Below are positions 30,584-41,111 of a stretch of 64,000 bases of DNA, in pieces. The stretch lies in assembly GCA_963678315.1 (NCBI GenBank), contig OY782781.1:992001-1056000 (forward strand), read 5' to 3'. The position numbers and the translations under genes were made by a program. The notes beneath the pieces were generated by a model. The model made no database searches and was not told the origin of the DNA. It saw nothing but the letters and a program-made list of their open reading frames with translations. This DNA comes from Candidatus Cloacimonadales bacterium. Lineage in GTDB: Bacteria; Cloacimonadota; Cloacimonadia; Cloacimonadales; JAFGVF01. Position 1 is the stretch's first letter. Every line of letters starts with the position of its first letter.

Positions 30584-30620
30584 ATCGGAATTACAGCCTA
30601 CAATACTACAACTCTTTTAG

Positions 30621-30654
30621 CCTCCTGCATAAATACACATTTTAATGCAGGAGG
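30621..30654. terminator. Hairpin between convergent genes
   Basis: cctcctgcat...atgcaggagg. Confidence 0.5.
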
Positions 30655-30667
30655 TAAATAATAGCAG

Positions 30668-30728
30668 ATAATGCACTAAGACTTGGGATATAGTACTATT
30701 CTAAAAGTTCTACTGTATTAGAGGGTTT
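30668..30728. repeat. Fold-back derivative of family-A MITE ends
   Basis: Left half resembles 8078-8109; the right half's reverse complement matches 55795-55833; centred on tagtacta. Confidence 0.65.
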
Positions 30729-30736
30729 ATAATGAA

Positions 30737-31633
30737 CTATATAAAGTATGAATAAACAGTTATAAAGACCAGGGCTAATATAAGGCTGAAGGAGACAATA
30801 GTTGCTGCGAATTCTTTATCTAATCCTTCAAGTTCTGAGAAAATAAGAGTATTGAACCCTACTGGGGCTGTAGAACATATTAAGACTATATGGTTTACTG
30901 GAGCTTGGAGCTTAAAAATAGATATTATAAGTAGACCTAGGATTGCCCCCAAACCCATTCTTAAACTTAGAGCAGTGATTGATAGCTTTAGATTCTTTAT
31001 TCTAGGATGGAAGTAGATTCCTAATGAAAAAATGATTAAAGGCATTGTTGGAAGGCTGATATAGTTAAGAGTTTCTGATAGTACAATAGGCAGTTTAACA
31101 GATAATAAATTGATTACTAGACCAACAATGATTCCCCATATTGGTGGTAGAGTTAACATCTTGATGATAGGCAATTGAGATTTTTCTTTTGAGCTGTATC
31201 TGATAGCTTGATAATAAGCAAAGAAGTAAATCATGATAGAGTTACCTAAATCGAAAAGAGAATAGTAACCAAATCCTTCTCTACCGAAGATTGCATAAAT
31301 AAATGTGGAAACAAAACCCGTATTTATAATCAAAGATCCAACTAGAAAAGCTCCTTTAGTAGCTTTATTAGTCTTAAGCTTAGATGTAATCAAGTTAGAT
31401 AAGAAAAATGTTGTTACTACAATCATAATAGGGAATAAGATAATGATGAAAAGAGAAGAGCTTAACTTCATTTCACTTAATGATATAACTGTTAGTGCAG
31501 GCAAGGTGATATTCAGCACTAAATGTAGAAATCTATCAGCATCTTGACTTTTAAATAAGTTAATTTTCTTTGAAACAAACCCTAATACGAACATGATAAT
31601 TACAGGAATAATCTTAGTGAAATAGACAGGCAT
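30737..31633 (-). CDS. AEC (auxin efflux carrier) family transporter
   Basis: ~10 hydrophobic segments, ITLPAL, NTGF, APVG; ATG at 31633 with GGAG RBS. Confidence 0.8.
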   Translation of the reverse strand: MPVYFTKIIPVIIMFVLGFVSKKINLFKSQDADRFLHLVLNITLPALTVISLSEMKLSSSLFIIILFPIMIVVTTFFLSNLITSKLKTNKATKGAFLVGSLIINTGFVSTFIYAIFGREGFGYYSLFDLGNSIMIYFFAYYQAIRYSSKEKSQLPIIKMLTLPPIWGIIVGLVINLLSVKLPIVLSETLNYISLPTMPLIIFSLGIYFHPRIKNLKLSITALSLRMGLGAILGLLIISIFKLQAPVNHIVLICSTAPVGFNTLIFSELEGLDKEFAATIVSFSLILALVFITVYSYFI

Positions 31634-31974
31634 TAATTCTCCAAACTTATACAATATTTTAAAATTATAGTCTTTGCTTACTATCTTCTATTGCACAGAA
31701 ATATTTTTAATAAATATTCACAATAAATTTCTTTACTAATTTTACATTATAGAATAGTGTATTTTAACACTTGATTAGTAGAAATCTATTAAGTGCAACA
31801 AGTTATTTTATTGTGTAGTGCTTAAAATAACAATGTTACTCAACTTAAATATGTAACTTCTTTTATAACAAAAGAATGAGCTCTCTAAAAATAGTAAAGT
31901 TTTTTATTTACAAGAAAGTAATTTAATAAAAAACGGTATATAAATAAAACATAAAAAATAATCCTGGAGGATTA

Positions 31975-33525
31975 ATGAGCATAAAAAAGCAAATTACTGA
32001 ATTGCGTATTAAGAAATCCAAGGCTGAGCTTGGTGGTGGTGAGAAAAGAATTGATGCTCAACATGCGAAAGGTAAACTGACTGCAAGAGAAAGAATTGCA
32101 AATCTAGTTGACCCTGATAGCTTTGAAGAGTTTGACCTCTTTGTTGAACACAATTGTCAAGACTTTGGAATGGAAAAAAACAAGTTTCCAAGTGATGGTG
32201 TAGTAACTGGCTGTGGAACAATAAATGGAAGAATAGTCTATTTATTCTCTCAAGATTTCACAGTATTGGGTGGATCATTATCAAAAACTTATGCAGAGAA
32301 AATTTGTAAAGTGATGGATATGGCTATGAAAATGGGAGCTCCAGTTATCGGGCTTAACGATTCTGGTGGAGCAAGAATCCAAGAGGGTGTAGATGCCCTT
32401 GCAGGTTATGCAGAAATCTTCTACAGAAATGTGATGGCTTCTGGTGTTGTCCCACAGATTTCAGCTATATTAGGACCATGTGCAGGTGGTGCAGTTTATT
32501 CTCCAGCAATCACTGACTTTGTAATGATGGATAAAAAGAACAGTTATATGTTCGTTACTGGTCCAAAAGTTGTTAAGACCGTGCTTAATCAAGATGTTAC
32601 AGTTGACCAGCTTGGTGGAGCTATGGCTCATGCAACAAAATCTGGTGTTACTCATTTCGTTACTGAAAACGAAGAGGAAACAATATTACTTATAAAGAAA
32701 TTATTAAGCTATATTCCTTCAAATAACCTAGATGAACCTCCTTATATCCCAAATGAGGACCCTATAGATAGAGAATGTGCAGAATTAGAAAACATTATTC
32801 CTGAAAACCCTAATAAACCTTACGACATCTTAGATGTGATTCACTCAATCGTGGATGAAGGTGAATTCTTAGAAGTTTCAAGAAACTATGCACAAAATAT
32901 TGTTGTTGGTTTTGCTCGTTTCAATGGCTACTCAGTAGGTATTGTTGCTAACCAACCTAAAGTTCTTGCTGGTGTGCTTGATATTAATGCTTCAGGTAAA
33001 GCAGCTAGATTCGTTAGATTCTGTGATTCATTCAATATCCCAATTCTTGTTCTTGAAGATGTTCCTGGCTTCTTACCTGGTCCTAACCAAGAACATAACG
33101 GTATCATTAAACACGGTGCTAAACTACTATACGCTTTCGCTGAAGCAACTGTTCCTAAAATGACAGTTATCCTTAGAAAAGCTTACGGTGGTGCTTATTG
33201 TGTGATGAATAGTAGACACATGAGAGCAGACATGGTTTATGCTTGGCCTTCAGCAGAGATTGCTGTTATGGGTCCTGGTGGAGCTGTGGAAGTTATCTTT
33301 AGAAAAGAAGCACAAGCTTCAGATAATCCTAAAGAAACTATGAAAAAGCGTGAAGATGAGTATCGTGAGAAATTCGCTAACCCATATAACGCTGCAAAAA
33401 AAGGTTATATAGATGATATTATTGAGCCAGGAAGAACTCGTTTTAGGGTTATCAGAGCTCTCGAAATGTTAGCTAATAAGAAAGATTCAATACCACCTCG
33501 TAAGCATGGAAACATTCCTTTATAG
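31975..33525 (+). CDS. Acyl-CoA carboxyltransferase (methylmalonyl-CoA decarboxylase alpha / PccB)
   Basis: [43 protein letters not shown]. Confidence 0.95.
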   Translation: MSIKKQITELRIKKSKAELGGGEKRIDAQHAKGKLTARERIANLVDPDSFEEFDLFVEHNCQDFGMEKNKFPSDGVVTGCGTINGRIVYLFSQDFTVLGGSLSKTYAEKICKVMDMAMKMGAPVIGLNDSGGARIQEGVDALAGYAEIFYRNVMASGVVPQISAILGPCAGGAVYSPAITDFVMMDKKNSYMFVTGPKVVKTVLNQDVTVDQLGGAMAHATKSGVTHFVTENEEETILLIKKLLSYIPSNNLDEPPYIPNEDPIDRECAELENIIPENPNKPYDILDVIHSIVDEGEFLEVSRNYAQNIVVGFARFNGYSVGIVANQPKVLAGVLDINASGKAARFVRFCDSFNIPILVLEDVPGFLPGPNQEHNGIIKHGAKLLYAFAEATVPKMTVILRKAYGGAYCVMNSRHMRADMVYAWPSAEIAVMGPGGAVEVIFRKEAQASDNPKETMKKREDEYREKFANPYNAAKKGYIDDIIEPGRTRFRVIRALEMLANKKDSIPPRKHGNIPL

Positions 33526-33533
33526 GTGTAATC

Positions 33534-34244
33534 ATGAGTAAAATTAAAAGTATTATAATCGTACTTCTCATCTTAATAACTTCTGCAACATTATTCTCTT
33601 TTGATAATGCAGACATTACCTTCAAAAAGAATGGTGAAAATGTTACTTTCACTATATCTGATGATTACTGCTTGAAAGCTATTGCTGATAGTGTTAATAT
33701 GCCAATTAAAAAGCTTAAATACATGCTTAAAGATGAATTGAAAGCTTATGGTGAAGAAAATGAAGCATTTGCAGGCATGAAATCTCAAAACAGATCTTGG
33801 GACAACATTTCTCTCAATGAATTAAATATTGAACCAAAGGCTGTTGTCGATCACTTCAATAACTTTACAGATAGTGCCCTTAGCTTCGGCGGTAGTGTAA
33901 CTTTAGTAGGTATCTTAGTAGTTTTCTTTTCTCTTGTGCTAATTAGTGTTTTGATTGCTCAATTCCAGCACCTTGATAAAGCTAGTGCTCCTAAGCCAAC
34001 TAAAAAACCGTCAAAGAAGACTACTGTAGCAACCCCAGTTGGTAAAGTTACTGCAGATTCAAATGCAATATCTTCAAACGCTATTGTTGCAGTTATAACA
34101 GCTTTACATAAACATAAGATGTTAGTTGAAGAAAGACGTAGAATCCAAATGACATTTTCTAGAACTCCTGTAAATATGTGGTCTGCTTCAAATAAAATGT
34201 CAATGCCTAATCTTGCTTATAAGAAACCTGAGAGGAATAAATAA
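33534..34244 (+). CDS. OadG/MmdD-like membrane subunit with an extra N-terminal exported domain
   Basis: TM segment GILVVFFSLVLI, Pro/Lys linker, IVAVITAL helix, distal W; operon position. Confidence 0.7.
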   Translation: MSKIKSIIIVLLILITSATLFSFDNADITFKKNGENVTFTISDDYCLKAIADSVNMPIKKLKYMLKDELKAYGEENEAFAGMKSQNRSWDNISLNELNIEPKAVVDHFNNFTDSALSFGGSVTLVGILVVFFSLVLISVLIAQFQHLDKASAPKPTKKPSKKTTVATPVGKVTADSNAISSNAIVAVITALHKHKMLVEERRRIQMTFSRTPVNMWSASNKMSMPNLAYKKPERNK

Positions 34245-34963
34245 TGAAGAAATATAAAATGACTATAAATGGTGAAAAATACGAAGCTAGAATCGTATCT
34301 TTCGATGCTGAACAAGCTAAGGTAGAAGTTAATGGAAATACTTTCTTAGTTGAATTTGACGAAACTGAAGCAGTTAATATACCTAAGATTTCTCGTACAA
34401 CAAGAGAAGTTCCAGGTGCTCCACAGTTATCAGTTGACTATGCTGATGGCACTGTGAAAGCTCCTATCCCTGGTGTTATTGTTTCAATTAAAAATAAAGT
34501 TGGTGACCGTGTAGAAAAAGGTTCTCCAATTGTAATATTAGAAGCTATGAAGATGGAATCAGAAATTGAAGCTCCTGCTTCTGGTGTGATTGAAGAGATT
34601 CTTGTTAAAGAAAAAGCTGCTGTTCACGAAGGTGATGCTTTAGTGAAAATTAAGTTTGATGCTCCTGTTGAAGCTCCAAAAGCTAAAAAAGCTCCAGCAA
34701 GAACTGCTCCAACACCTCAAACTCAAGCTAAACCTGCTTCTTCAGGTGCTAACAGTATCGTAGCTCCTATTCCAGGAACTATCATAGATGTACTTGTTAA
34801 AGAAGGTGATACTCTTACTGCAGATCAAGCTGTTATTATTCTTGAAGCTATGAAAATGGAATCAGAAGTTTCTTCTGACTATGCTGGAAAAGTAAAGAAA
34901 GTACTTGTTTCTAAAGGTCAAGCAGTTCAAGAAGGTGAAGAACTCATCATTCTAGGAGATTAA
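34244..34963 (+). CDS. Biotin carboxyl carrier subunit with two biotinoyl domains
   Basis: Two EAMKME motifs joined by an Ala/Pro-rich linker. Confidence 0.92.
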   Translation: MKKYKMTINGEKYEARIVSFDAEQAKVEVNGNTFLVEFDETEAVNIPKISRTTREVPGAPQLSVDYADGTVKAPIPGVIVSIKNKVGDRVEKGSPIVILEAMKMESEIEAPASGVIEEILVKEKAAVHEGDALVKIKFDAPVEAPKAKKAPARTAPTPQTQAKPASSGANSIVAPIPGTIIDVLVKEGDTLTADQAVIILEAMKMESEVSSDYAGKVKKVLVSKGQAVQEGEELIILGD

Positions 34964-34965
34964 TA

Positions 34966-36093
34966 ATGGTTGAATTTATAAATTTCTTTGAAACTACAGG
35001 CTTCTATAATATTAACTATCAATACGTACTAATGATGATAATTGGTATGGTGTTTGTTTACCTAGGTATTGCTAAACACTATGAACCATTATTATTAGTT
35101 CCGATTGGTTTTGGTATTATTATTGGAAACATCCCTGGTGTAAGTTTACAGGGGCAAAGTGTTTATGATGAAGGATCAGTGCTATATTATCTATATCAAG
35201 GGGTTAGTAAAGGGTATTATCCTCCTCTAATCTTCCTAGGTATTGGTGCTATGACAGACTTCTCAACGCTTATAGCCAACCCTAAGCTTATTCTTATTGG
35301 TGCTGCTGCTCAAGCAGGTATCTTTATTACATTTATCGGTTCTTTATTACTAGGCTTCAATGTTATGGAAGCAGCTTCTATAGGTATTATCGGTGGTGCT
35401 GACGGTCCTACCTCTATCTACATTTCATCTAAGCTAGCTCCTCATTTATTAGGTGCTATTGCTATTGCTGCTTATTCATATATGGCTTTGGTTCCTGTTA
35501 TTCAACCACCAATTATGAAGCTCTTAACTACCAAAAAAGAACGTGAGATATATATGAAAACACCTAGACTTGTCTCAAAACGTGAAAAGATTATATTCCC
35601 TATTGTGGGTCTTATCGTTACATGTTTCATCGCTCCAGGTGGTATTTCATTACTTGCTATGCTTTTCTTTGGAAACTTACTTAAAGAGTGTGGTGTGACT
35701 GAGAGATTAGCTGATACTGCTAGAAATTCTCTAATGAATATTATTACTATTCTTCTTGGTGTAACAGTTGGTGCAAGTACTGATGCAAGCAAATTCCTTA
35801 ATTTCTCATCAATCAAGATATTCATTCTTGGTGCTTTCTCTTTCTGTGTAGCTACTGCTTTTGGTATCATTTTTACTAAATTCATGAACCTATTCTTGAA
35901 AGAGAAAATTAATCCTCTAATTGGTAACGCTGGTGTGTCTGCTGTGCCTGACTCTGCTCGTGTCTCCCAAATTGAAGGTCAAAAATATAACAAACGTAAT
36001 TTCCTATTAATGCATGCTATGGCACCTAATGTATCTGGTGTTATAGGCTCAGCTGTGGCTGCTGGTGTTATGCTAGGTATTCTAGGAAACTAA
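34966..36093 (+). CDS. Na+-transporting decarboxylase beta subunit (OadB/MmdB)
   Basis: EPLLLVPIGFG, IGIIGGADGPT, AAYSYMALVP, GVSAVP. Confidence 0.95.
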   Translation: MVEFINFFETTGFYNINYQYVLMMIIGMVFVYLGIAKHYEPLLLVPIGFGIIIGNIPGVSLQGQSVYDEGSVLYYLYQGVSKGYYPPLIFLGIGAMTDFSTLIANPKLILIGAAAQAGIFITFIGSLLLGFNVMEAASIGIIGGADGPTSIYISSKLAPHLLGAIAIAAYSYMALVPVIQPPIMKLLTTKKEREIYMKTPRLVSKREKIIFPIVGLIVTCFIAPGGISLLAMLFFGNLLKECGVTERLADTARNSLMNIITILLGVTVGASTDASKFLNFSSIKIFILGAFSFCVATAFGIIFTKFMNLFLKEKINPLIGNAGVSAVPDSARVSQIEGQKYNKRNFLLMHAMAPNVSGVIGSAVAAGVMLGILGN

Positions 36094-36115
36094 AATATAA
36101 TATATTACAAGCAAG

Positions 36116-36149
36116 AAGAGTGTTGACCAAGGTCAGCACTCTTTTTTTT
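36116..36149 (+). terminator. Intrinsic terminator
   Basis: aagagtgttgacc-aa-ggtcagcactctt followed by a T tract. Confidence 0.85.
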
Positions 36150-36164
36150 ATTATTGAATAGAGA

Positions 36165-36542
36165 TTATTTTATAATATCGAACGAACCTACTTTGTAGTT
36201 GCCCCAGAACCTGCTATAAACAAGGACCAATCTATAATTATTATTCATAGCAATCGGTTGTTTAATATTGAGAGTTCTTATACTATGCTTGATTACTAAT
36301 GAGTTAACTGGTTGATTTAAGGGGTATCTTATTTTAAAACCATTTACTACTGAGCCTGAAGCATAGAGGTGATTATTAATTAAAACATCAACACTAACAT
36401 CTACAAGGAAGTATTTAGGAATAGCTTCTATTTCGAGATAGAAGGCTGAATCTTGGGTCGCATTTTGAGTGAGTTGACTACCGCAGGAACTACAAAATTT
36501 AGCTGAATCTTGATTTTCTATACCACAATTTGGACAAAACAT
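36165..36542 (-). CDS. Zinc-ribbon domain protein
   Basis: MFCPNCG...FCSSCG; GGAGG RBS. Confidence 0.8.
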   Translation of the reverse strand: MFCPNCGIENQDSAKFCSSCGSQLTQNATQDSAFYLEIEAIPKYFLVDVSVDVLINNHLYASGSVVNGFKIRYPLNQPVNSLVIKHSIRTLNIKQPIAMNNNYRLVLVYSRFWGNYKVGSFDIIK

Positions 36543-36629
36543 ATATCCTCCAATAATATTTTCTTCTTATCAGAATCATTGTATATGTTTTGTATTCAAA
36601 GTATATTTGTGTCAATATTTTCTTGCATA

Positions 36630-36662
36630 AAGAAAGAGAGTATTACAAAAGCAATACTCTCT
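36630..36662 (-). terminator. Intrinsic terminator after trxA
   Basis: agagagtatt..aatactctct stem with a T-rich tail on the minus strand. Confidence 0.65.
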
Positions 36663-36695
36663 AAAAGGGGTTATGTCTAAATCTTACAAGATAAT

Positions 36696-37010
36696 CTATA
36701 AGTATGGATCAATCTTTTCAGTAAGTTTAGATTTATTAACTAAGCCAACAGTTTGTTCTTTAACTTCGCCATCTTTAAAAAGGATGACTGTTGGGATAGA
36801 CATTACAGAGAATTTACCTGCTAAGGCAGGAGATTCATCAATATTAATCTTTACTACTTTAATTTTGCCTTCGTATTCAGATGCTATTTTTTCAATAGTA
36901 GGTGTAAGAGCTTTACAAGGACCACACCAAGGTGCCCAAAAATCAGCTAATACAGGAACATCTGACTGTGCAACAACTTCGTCGAAATTAGTTTCGTTAA
37001 CTTCTATCAT
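36696..37010 (-). CDS. trxA: Thioredoxin
   Basis: WAPWCGPCK, SIPT. Confidence 0.97.
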   Translation of the reverse strand: MIEVNETNFDEVVAQSDVPVLADFWAPWCGPCKALTPTIEKIASEYEGKIKVVKINIDESPALAGKFSVMSIPTVILFKDGEVKEQTVGLVNKSKLTEKIDPYL

Positions 37011-37012
37011 TA

Positions 37013-37285
37013 TTACTCCACAATTGCTAAGATGTCTGAACGAGAAAGTATAAGATATTTTTCACCATCTAATTCTACTTCACTTCCACCGTACTTAGCA
37101 TAAAGAACATTATCACCTACTTTAACAACTTCTTGCAAGTCTTCGTCGTTTCCAACAGCGATAACTTCACCGATTTGAGGTTTTTCTTTAGCTGTATCAG
37201 GAATATATAAGTTCCCAACTTTAGTTTCAGTAGGTTTAGTATCCAACTTAATAACCACGCGATCATCAATAGGTTTTAGTAACAT
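37013..37285 (-). CDS. groES: Co-chaperonin GroES
   Basis: LKPIDDRVV, IPDTAKEKPQ, VKVGD.VLYAKYGG. Confidence 0.95.
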   Translation of the reverse strand: MLLKPIDDRVVIKLDTKPTETKVGNLYIPDTAKEKPQIGEVIAVGNDEDLQEVVKVGDNVLYAKYGGSEVELDGEKYLILSRSDILAIVE

Positions 37286-37361
37286 CTTTGTACCTCCATC
37301 ATAATAAATATGTTTTTGATATTATAAGTTTTATCTATTTAGCAAACAAAATATATGACTG

Positions 37362-39827
37362 CTAAATTACGTCAAGTTTATTTTTCTTTTTATTTATAAA
37401 TATACCAGCAATAAGCATCAATGTAGATATTACAAGTCCAATTAAAGACAGATTTTTACTTAACTTATAGCTTTCTGGAGCGAATACCATTTCAATTTTC
37501 TGGGTATTTGCGGGAACTTTCACACCTCTAAGGATATGATTTACTGGATAAATTGGAATTTCCTTGCCATCGGCATAGGCTTTCCAACCTTTTGGATAAT
37601 ATATTTCACTTACAACAAGAAAACCATCTTTTTCTAGATTTTTTATATTGAAAGCAACTTTATGATGATAATCTTCTTGTGGAATTTGTTCAACAATACC
37701 ATGACCAAGCTTAGTATCCATTTCAATAGATTCTTCAAGAATAGCAGTATAAGCAGGATCAAAAGATTTACTTCCTAAGAAGCTCAATCTATCTTCTTTA
37801 TCTTCTTTAACTAGAAGTTGTTTAACAAACCAAGCTCTATCCATAGCCCCCATATTAGGAACTAAATATTGTTTATTATCACCACTTCCTACGGAAGCGA
37901 CTGCATTAAAATTGCTAGCATACTGAGCATCTCTTGTTATCAAATATCTAGCATTAAGCATATTAATTGAGTTGAAGTTAAGAGCATTCTTTCTAAGGTC
38001 TTCAATGCGTTGAAGTTTAGCTCCGTGATAACCACCAGTCATTTGATTATAGCTTGCCCAAGTTACATCATCCATATTATCTAAAACATGCACTCGATAA
38101 GTACCTTTTGCATTATTATCTAGTAGATATTTATCAATAGAATTCATAGCAATTTCTGTCGAATCCTTATGAGGGTATAATTTCTTAAAATAAGCACTGT
38201 TTACATGTGATAAATCGTAGATTATAAATACACCAATAATCAGGATAAATACATTCTTAGATATCATTTTCTTTGTATAGAAGAAGATAAGTCCAAAGCC
38301 TGCTGCTAATAAGAATAATCCCATGGATACAGAATCAGTAAGTAGTTTCAATCTTTCAGCTTTGATTGGTCTTATATGGTCCTGGAACTGTGGCGAATTC
38401 ATGAATTGATTAACATCAATATTGTTTTCATTAGCATATTCTGCATATCTTTCTATTTCTGGAGCTCCCATAAAAGCCATATCTTTGAAGATTGTTGAAC
38501 CTGCCACTAAGTTTATGAAGAAGAGACCAACAAATGAGAAGAAGCATATTTTCATAATTTTATTGAACTTCTCATCGTCTTTTTTATTTAGGACCTCTTT
38601 AAATCCTAATGCTGACAGAACAATCATCAAAATTTGCATTATAACAAGATGTGTTGCAGGAACTCTGAATTTATTAAATCCTGGAAGGTGGTCATGCAAG
38701 AAGTTTGATACAAGAGGGAAGTGTCTTCCCATAGACATAATCATAGCCAAGACAACCCCTAACCAAAGAATTTTTGCATACTTTGACTTGGAATAGAAGA
38801 AGGCTAACACCCCTAGTAGTAGAATTATAACTCCTGTATAGTGATAGGCTTGAGTAAATTGCATCCAGCCCCAATAAGATTTTCCTGAACCTTGTGTAGA
38901 GATACCACCAAAGAAATCAGGGAACAAGAATTCTACAAACTCAGCAGGATGCATTGACCAGCTCTGAGCGTATCCTTTTTCTAGTCCACCTTCACCACCA
39001 CGCATACTATATTTAGAATACTCAAAGTTTGAAAGATGTGGATTAGCAACAGCCAGTGCAGATAGAGTAAAGCCAATTAATAGTAAAATAGTAAACAATC
39101 CATGAGCTTTAATTGTCTTATTTTTGATAGCTAATACAAGTTCATATATCCAGAAAACTCCTAAGAATAAGAACATATAGTAGGTGATTTGCAGATGGTT
39201 AGCTCTTAATTCTGAGATTAAAGAAACAGCAAAGAAGCCCAATCCCAGCAGGTTCCTTTTCTCTTTTAAATAGATAAAGGAGTATAGCACCCAAGGTAAA
39301 ATCATTATTGCCTGGAACTTAGTATTATGTCCCATATCTAATAAAGCTACATAATGGGAGGATAAACTAAATGCTAGACCACATATAGAAGCAACCAGGT
39401 TATTCATTTTCAAGAATCTCAGTAAGAAGAAAATGCCTAGTGCTCCTAAAATGAGGTAGGTAAGCTTCCAACTTACAACAGAATGTATTGTATTTATGAT
39501 AGTATTAGTAAAAGGATATTTGTAAGGAAAGCTAATAAGATAGTTTGGCATTCCACCAAAAATATTACTGTTCCATAGAGCTGGGTCTGAGTGTTCTTCA
39601 TTGTATTTAATCACATCATAAGCGGATTTACGCCATTGGTTTGTATCTGGAGCTTCTGGTTCATAGTGAAGAAAACCAATCTTGAAAAACATTATTGAAA
39701 GTACAATTACAATTAATCCAATACCAAACCATTTGTTCTTTAGAAGTGATTCGATAAAAATCCCGATTGGACTTTCGTTTGTTTGCTTGTTAATATTTTT
39801 TCTAACTACTTTATTTCTCTTGCTCAT
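37362..39827 (-). CDS. YfhO-family polytopic membrane protein (putative glycosyltransferase)
   Basis: LWNSNIFGGMP, HLQITYY, KFRVP, GGYHGAKL, SEIYYPKGWKAY. Confidence 0.8.
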   Translation of the reverse strand: MSKRNKVVRKNINKQTNESPIGIFIESLLKNKWFGIGLIVIVLSIMFFKIGFLHYEPEAPDTNQWRKSAYDVIKYNEEHSDPALWNSNIFGGMPNYLISFPYKYPFTNTIINTIHSVVSWKLTYLILGALGIFFLLRFLKMNNLVASICGLAFSLSSHYVALLDMGHNTKFQAIMILPWVLYSFIYLKEKRNLLGLGFFAVSLISELRANHLQITYYMFLFLGVFWIYELVLAIKNKTIKAHGLFTILLLIGFTLSALAVANPHLSNFEYSKYSMRGGEGGLEKGYAQSWSMHPAEFVEFLFPDFFGGISTQGSGKSYWGWMQFTQAYHYTGVIILLLGVLAFFYSKSKYAKILWLGVVLAMIMSMGRHFPLVSNFLHDHLPGFNKFRVPATHLVIMQILMIVLSALGFKEVLNKKDDEKFNKIMKICFFSFVGLFFINLVAGSTIFKDMAFMGAPEIERYAEYANENNIDVNQFMNSPQFQDHIRPIKAERLKLLTDSVSMGLFLLAAGFGLIFFYTKKMISKNVFILIIGVFIIYDLSHVNSAYFKKLYPHKDSTEIAMNSIDKYLLDNNAKGTYRVHVLDNMDDVTWASYNQMTGGYHGAKLQRIEDLRKNALNFNSINMLNARYLITRDAQYASNFNAVASVGSGDNKQYLVPNMGAMDRAWFVKQLLVKEDKEDRLSFLGSKSFDPAYTAILEESIEMDTKLGHGIVEQIPQEDYHHKVAFNIKNLEKDGFLVVSEIYYPKGWKAYADGKEIPIYPVNHILRGVKVPANTQKIEMVFAPESYKLSKNLSLIGLVISTLMLIAGIFINKKKNKLDVI

Positions 39828-39835
39828 TTAGTCTC

Positions 39836-40510
39836 CTACATCTTGCAGAAATTCAAGATTACAAGTTCATTTTGTTCTGCATCTTGGCTATTAGAACAAT
39901 CATAATAGCAATTATCTTTAACTCTATCATCTTCTTTTAGGTTTCTTTCAAGCATTGCCGACCCTTCTTGGAAATTTAATTCAGGATGGAATTGAACACC
40001 GTACACAGGATTATCTCCCCACTGGAGTGCTTGAACCTGAAGATTCTTATTTTTTGCAATGATTTTAAAAGTATCTTCATGATTAACAACTTCGTCAAAA
40101 TGAGATTGCATAAAAGTAGGATTTGATATTCCCTTAAAAAGAGGATTATCTTCTATCTCAATGCTAGTAAAACCAAACTCAAAGTTCTGAGCTTTTCTAC
40201 AACATTCATCCCCACCTAAGGCTCTAGCTAGCATTTGATGTCCATAGCATATACCAAGAATTGGTTTACCTGCAAAAATGAACTCATTGATAACAGTAAA
40301 AACATCGCTCTGTTCAATATGTTGACTTGATGCAGAAAGCTCTGAACCAGAGATTAACAACTTGTCGTATTTAGAATAATCAATGTTTAGATTACTAGAA
40401 AAAAGTCTTTTAATTTCGTATTTATAATTGTCCTTTAATATTCTATCAATGCTTTGTTTAAACCTAAAAGAAGCATCTTCATTTTTTATTGTATCAAAGA
40501 TAAGAATCAT
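39836..40510 (-). CDS. Type 1 glutamine amidotransferase
   Basis: PILGICYGHQ, QFHPE. Confidence 0.88.
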   Translation of the reverse strand: MILIFDTIKNEDASFRFKQSIDRILKDNYKYEIKRLFSSNLNIDYSKYDKLLISGSELSASSQHIEQSDVFTVINEFIFAGKPILGICYGHQMLARALGGDECCRKAQNFEFGFTSIEIEDNPLFKGISNPTFMQSHFDEVVNHEDTFKIIAKNKNLQVQALQWGDNPVYGVQFHPELNFQEGSAMLERNLKEDDRVKDNCYYDCSNSQDAEQNELVILNFCKM

Positions 40511-40617
40511 TGTATAGCCTCATTATTTTTATATTTTTTTACATCATCTATTCTCTTGATAGGCTGTCAATAAAAAGATTAGTTTGATGAAGTAAAATAT
40601 TTTGCTAATTTAGAAAT

Positions 40618-40997
40618 TGTCCAAAGGACTAAAGTTCTCTGGGCTTTTTCTATTCTCAATTAGTATAGACGAACGTCCTTTTGTCTATACAATTTGCTCT
40701 TTATGTCGCCCTTTCAGGGCTATTTTATTTGTGACCTATTACATGGAGGGCAAGCCTCCATGCTTAGTATATGCCACCCCTACGGGGTTTTTATGGATGT
40801 ATAGTCCTAAACAATGTGAATGTTTTTTGTGTTCTTCGTGCTTATCGTAGTGAACGTCTCTACAATTTGTGTAAGCATGAACTTTGTTCAACCTGTCGGT
40901 GGATGCTTACACTCCCCCTAACTCCAAACTTCTCTCCTAACTCAATCCTTACTGGCCTCATTGAAAAATCGGCCTTTTTTCAAGGGGACTAGTAAGG
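40618..40997. repeat. Cluster of short palindromic REP-like elements ending in a family-B hairpin (40947-40997)
   Basis: gtatagac..gtctatac; gccctttcagggc; acccctacggggt; cgtctctac; several recur inverted at 56150-56470. Confidence 0.7.
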
Positions 40998-41111
40998 GAG
41001 CCCTTAATTTGAATAAAAAAAGTCTTGTGTCTGCAAGAACTAAAAAAAGGATAAACTAATAGATAAAAATTCTTCTTTACATTTATTTAATAGTTTCACA
41101 GCATGATAATC

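Noticed and set aside
40617..40992. Track ORFs of 77 and 73 aa
   Set aside because: They run through palindromic repeats with no RBS and no protein-like motifs
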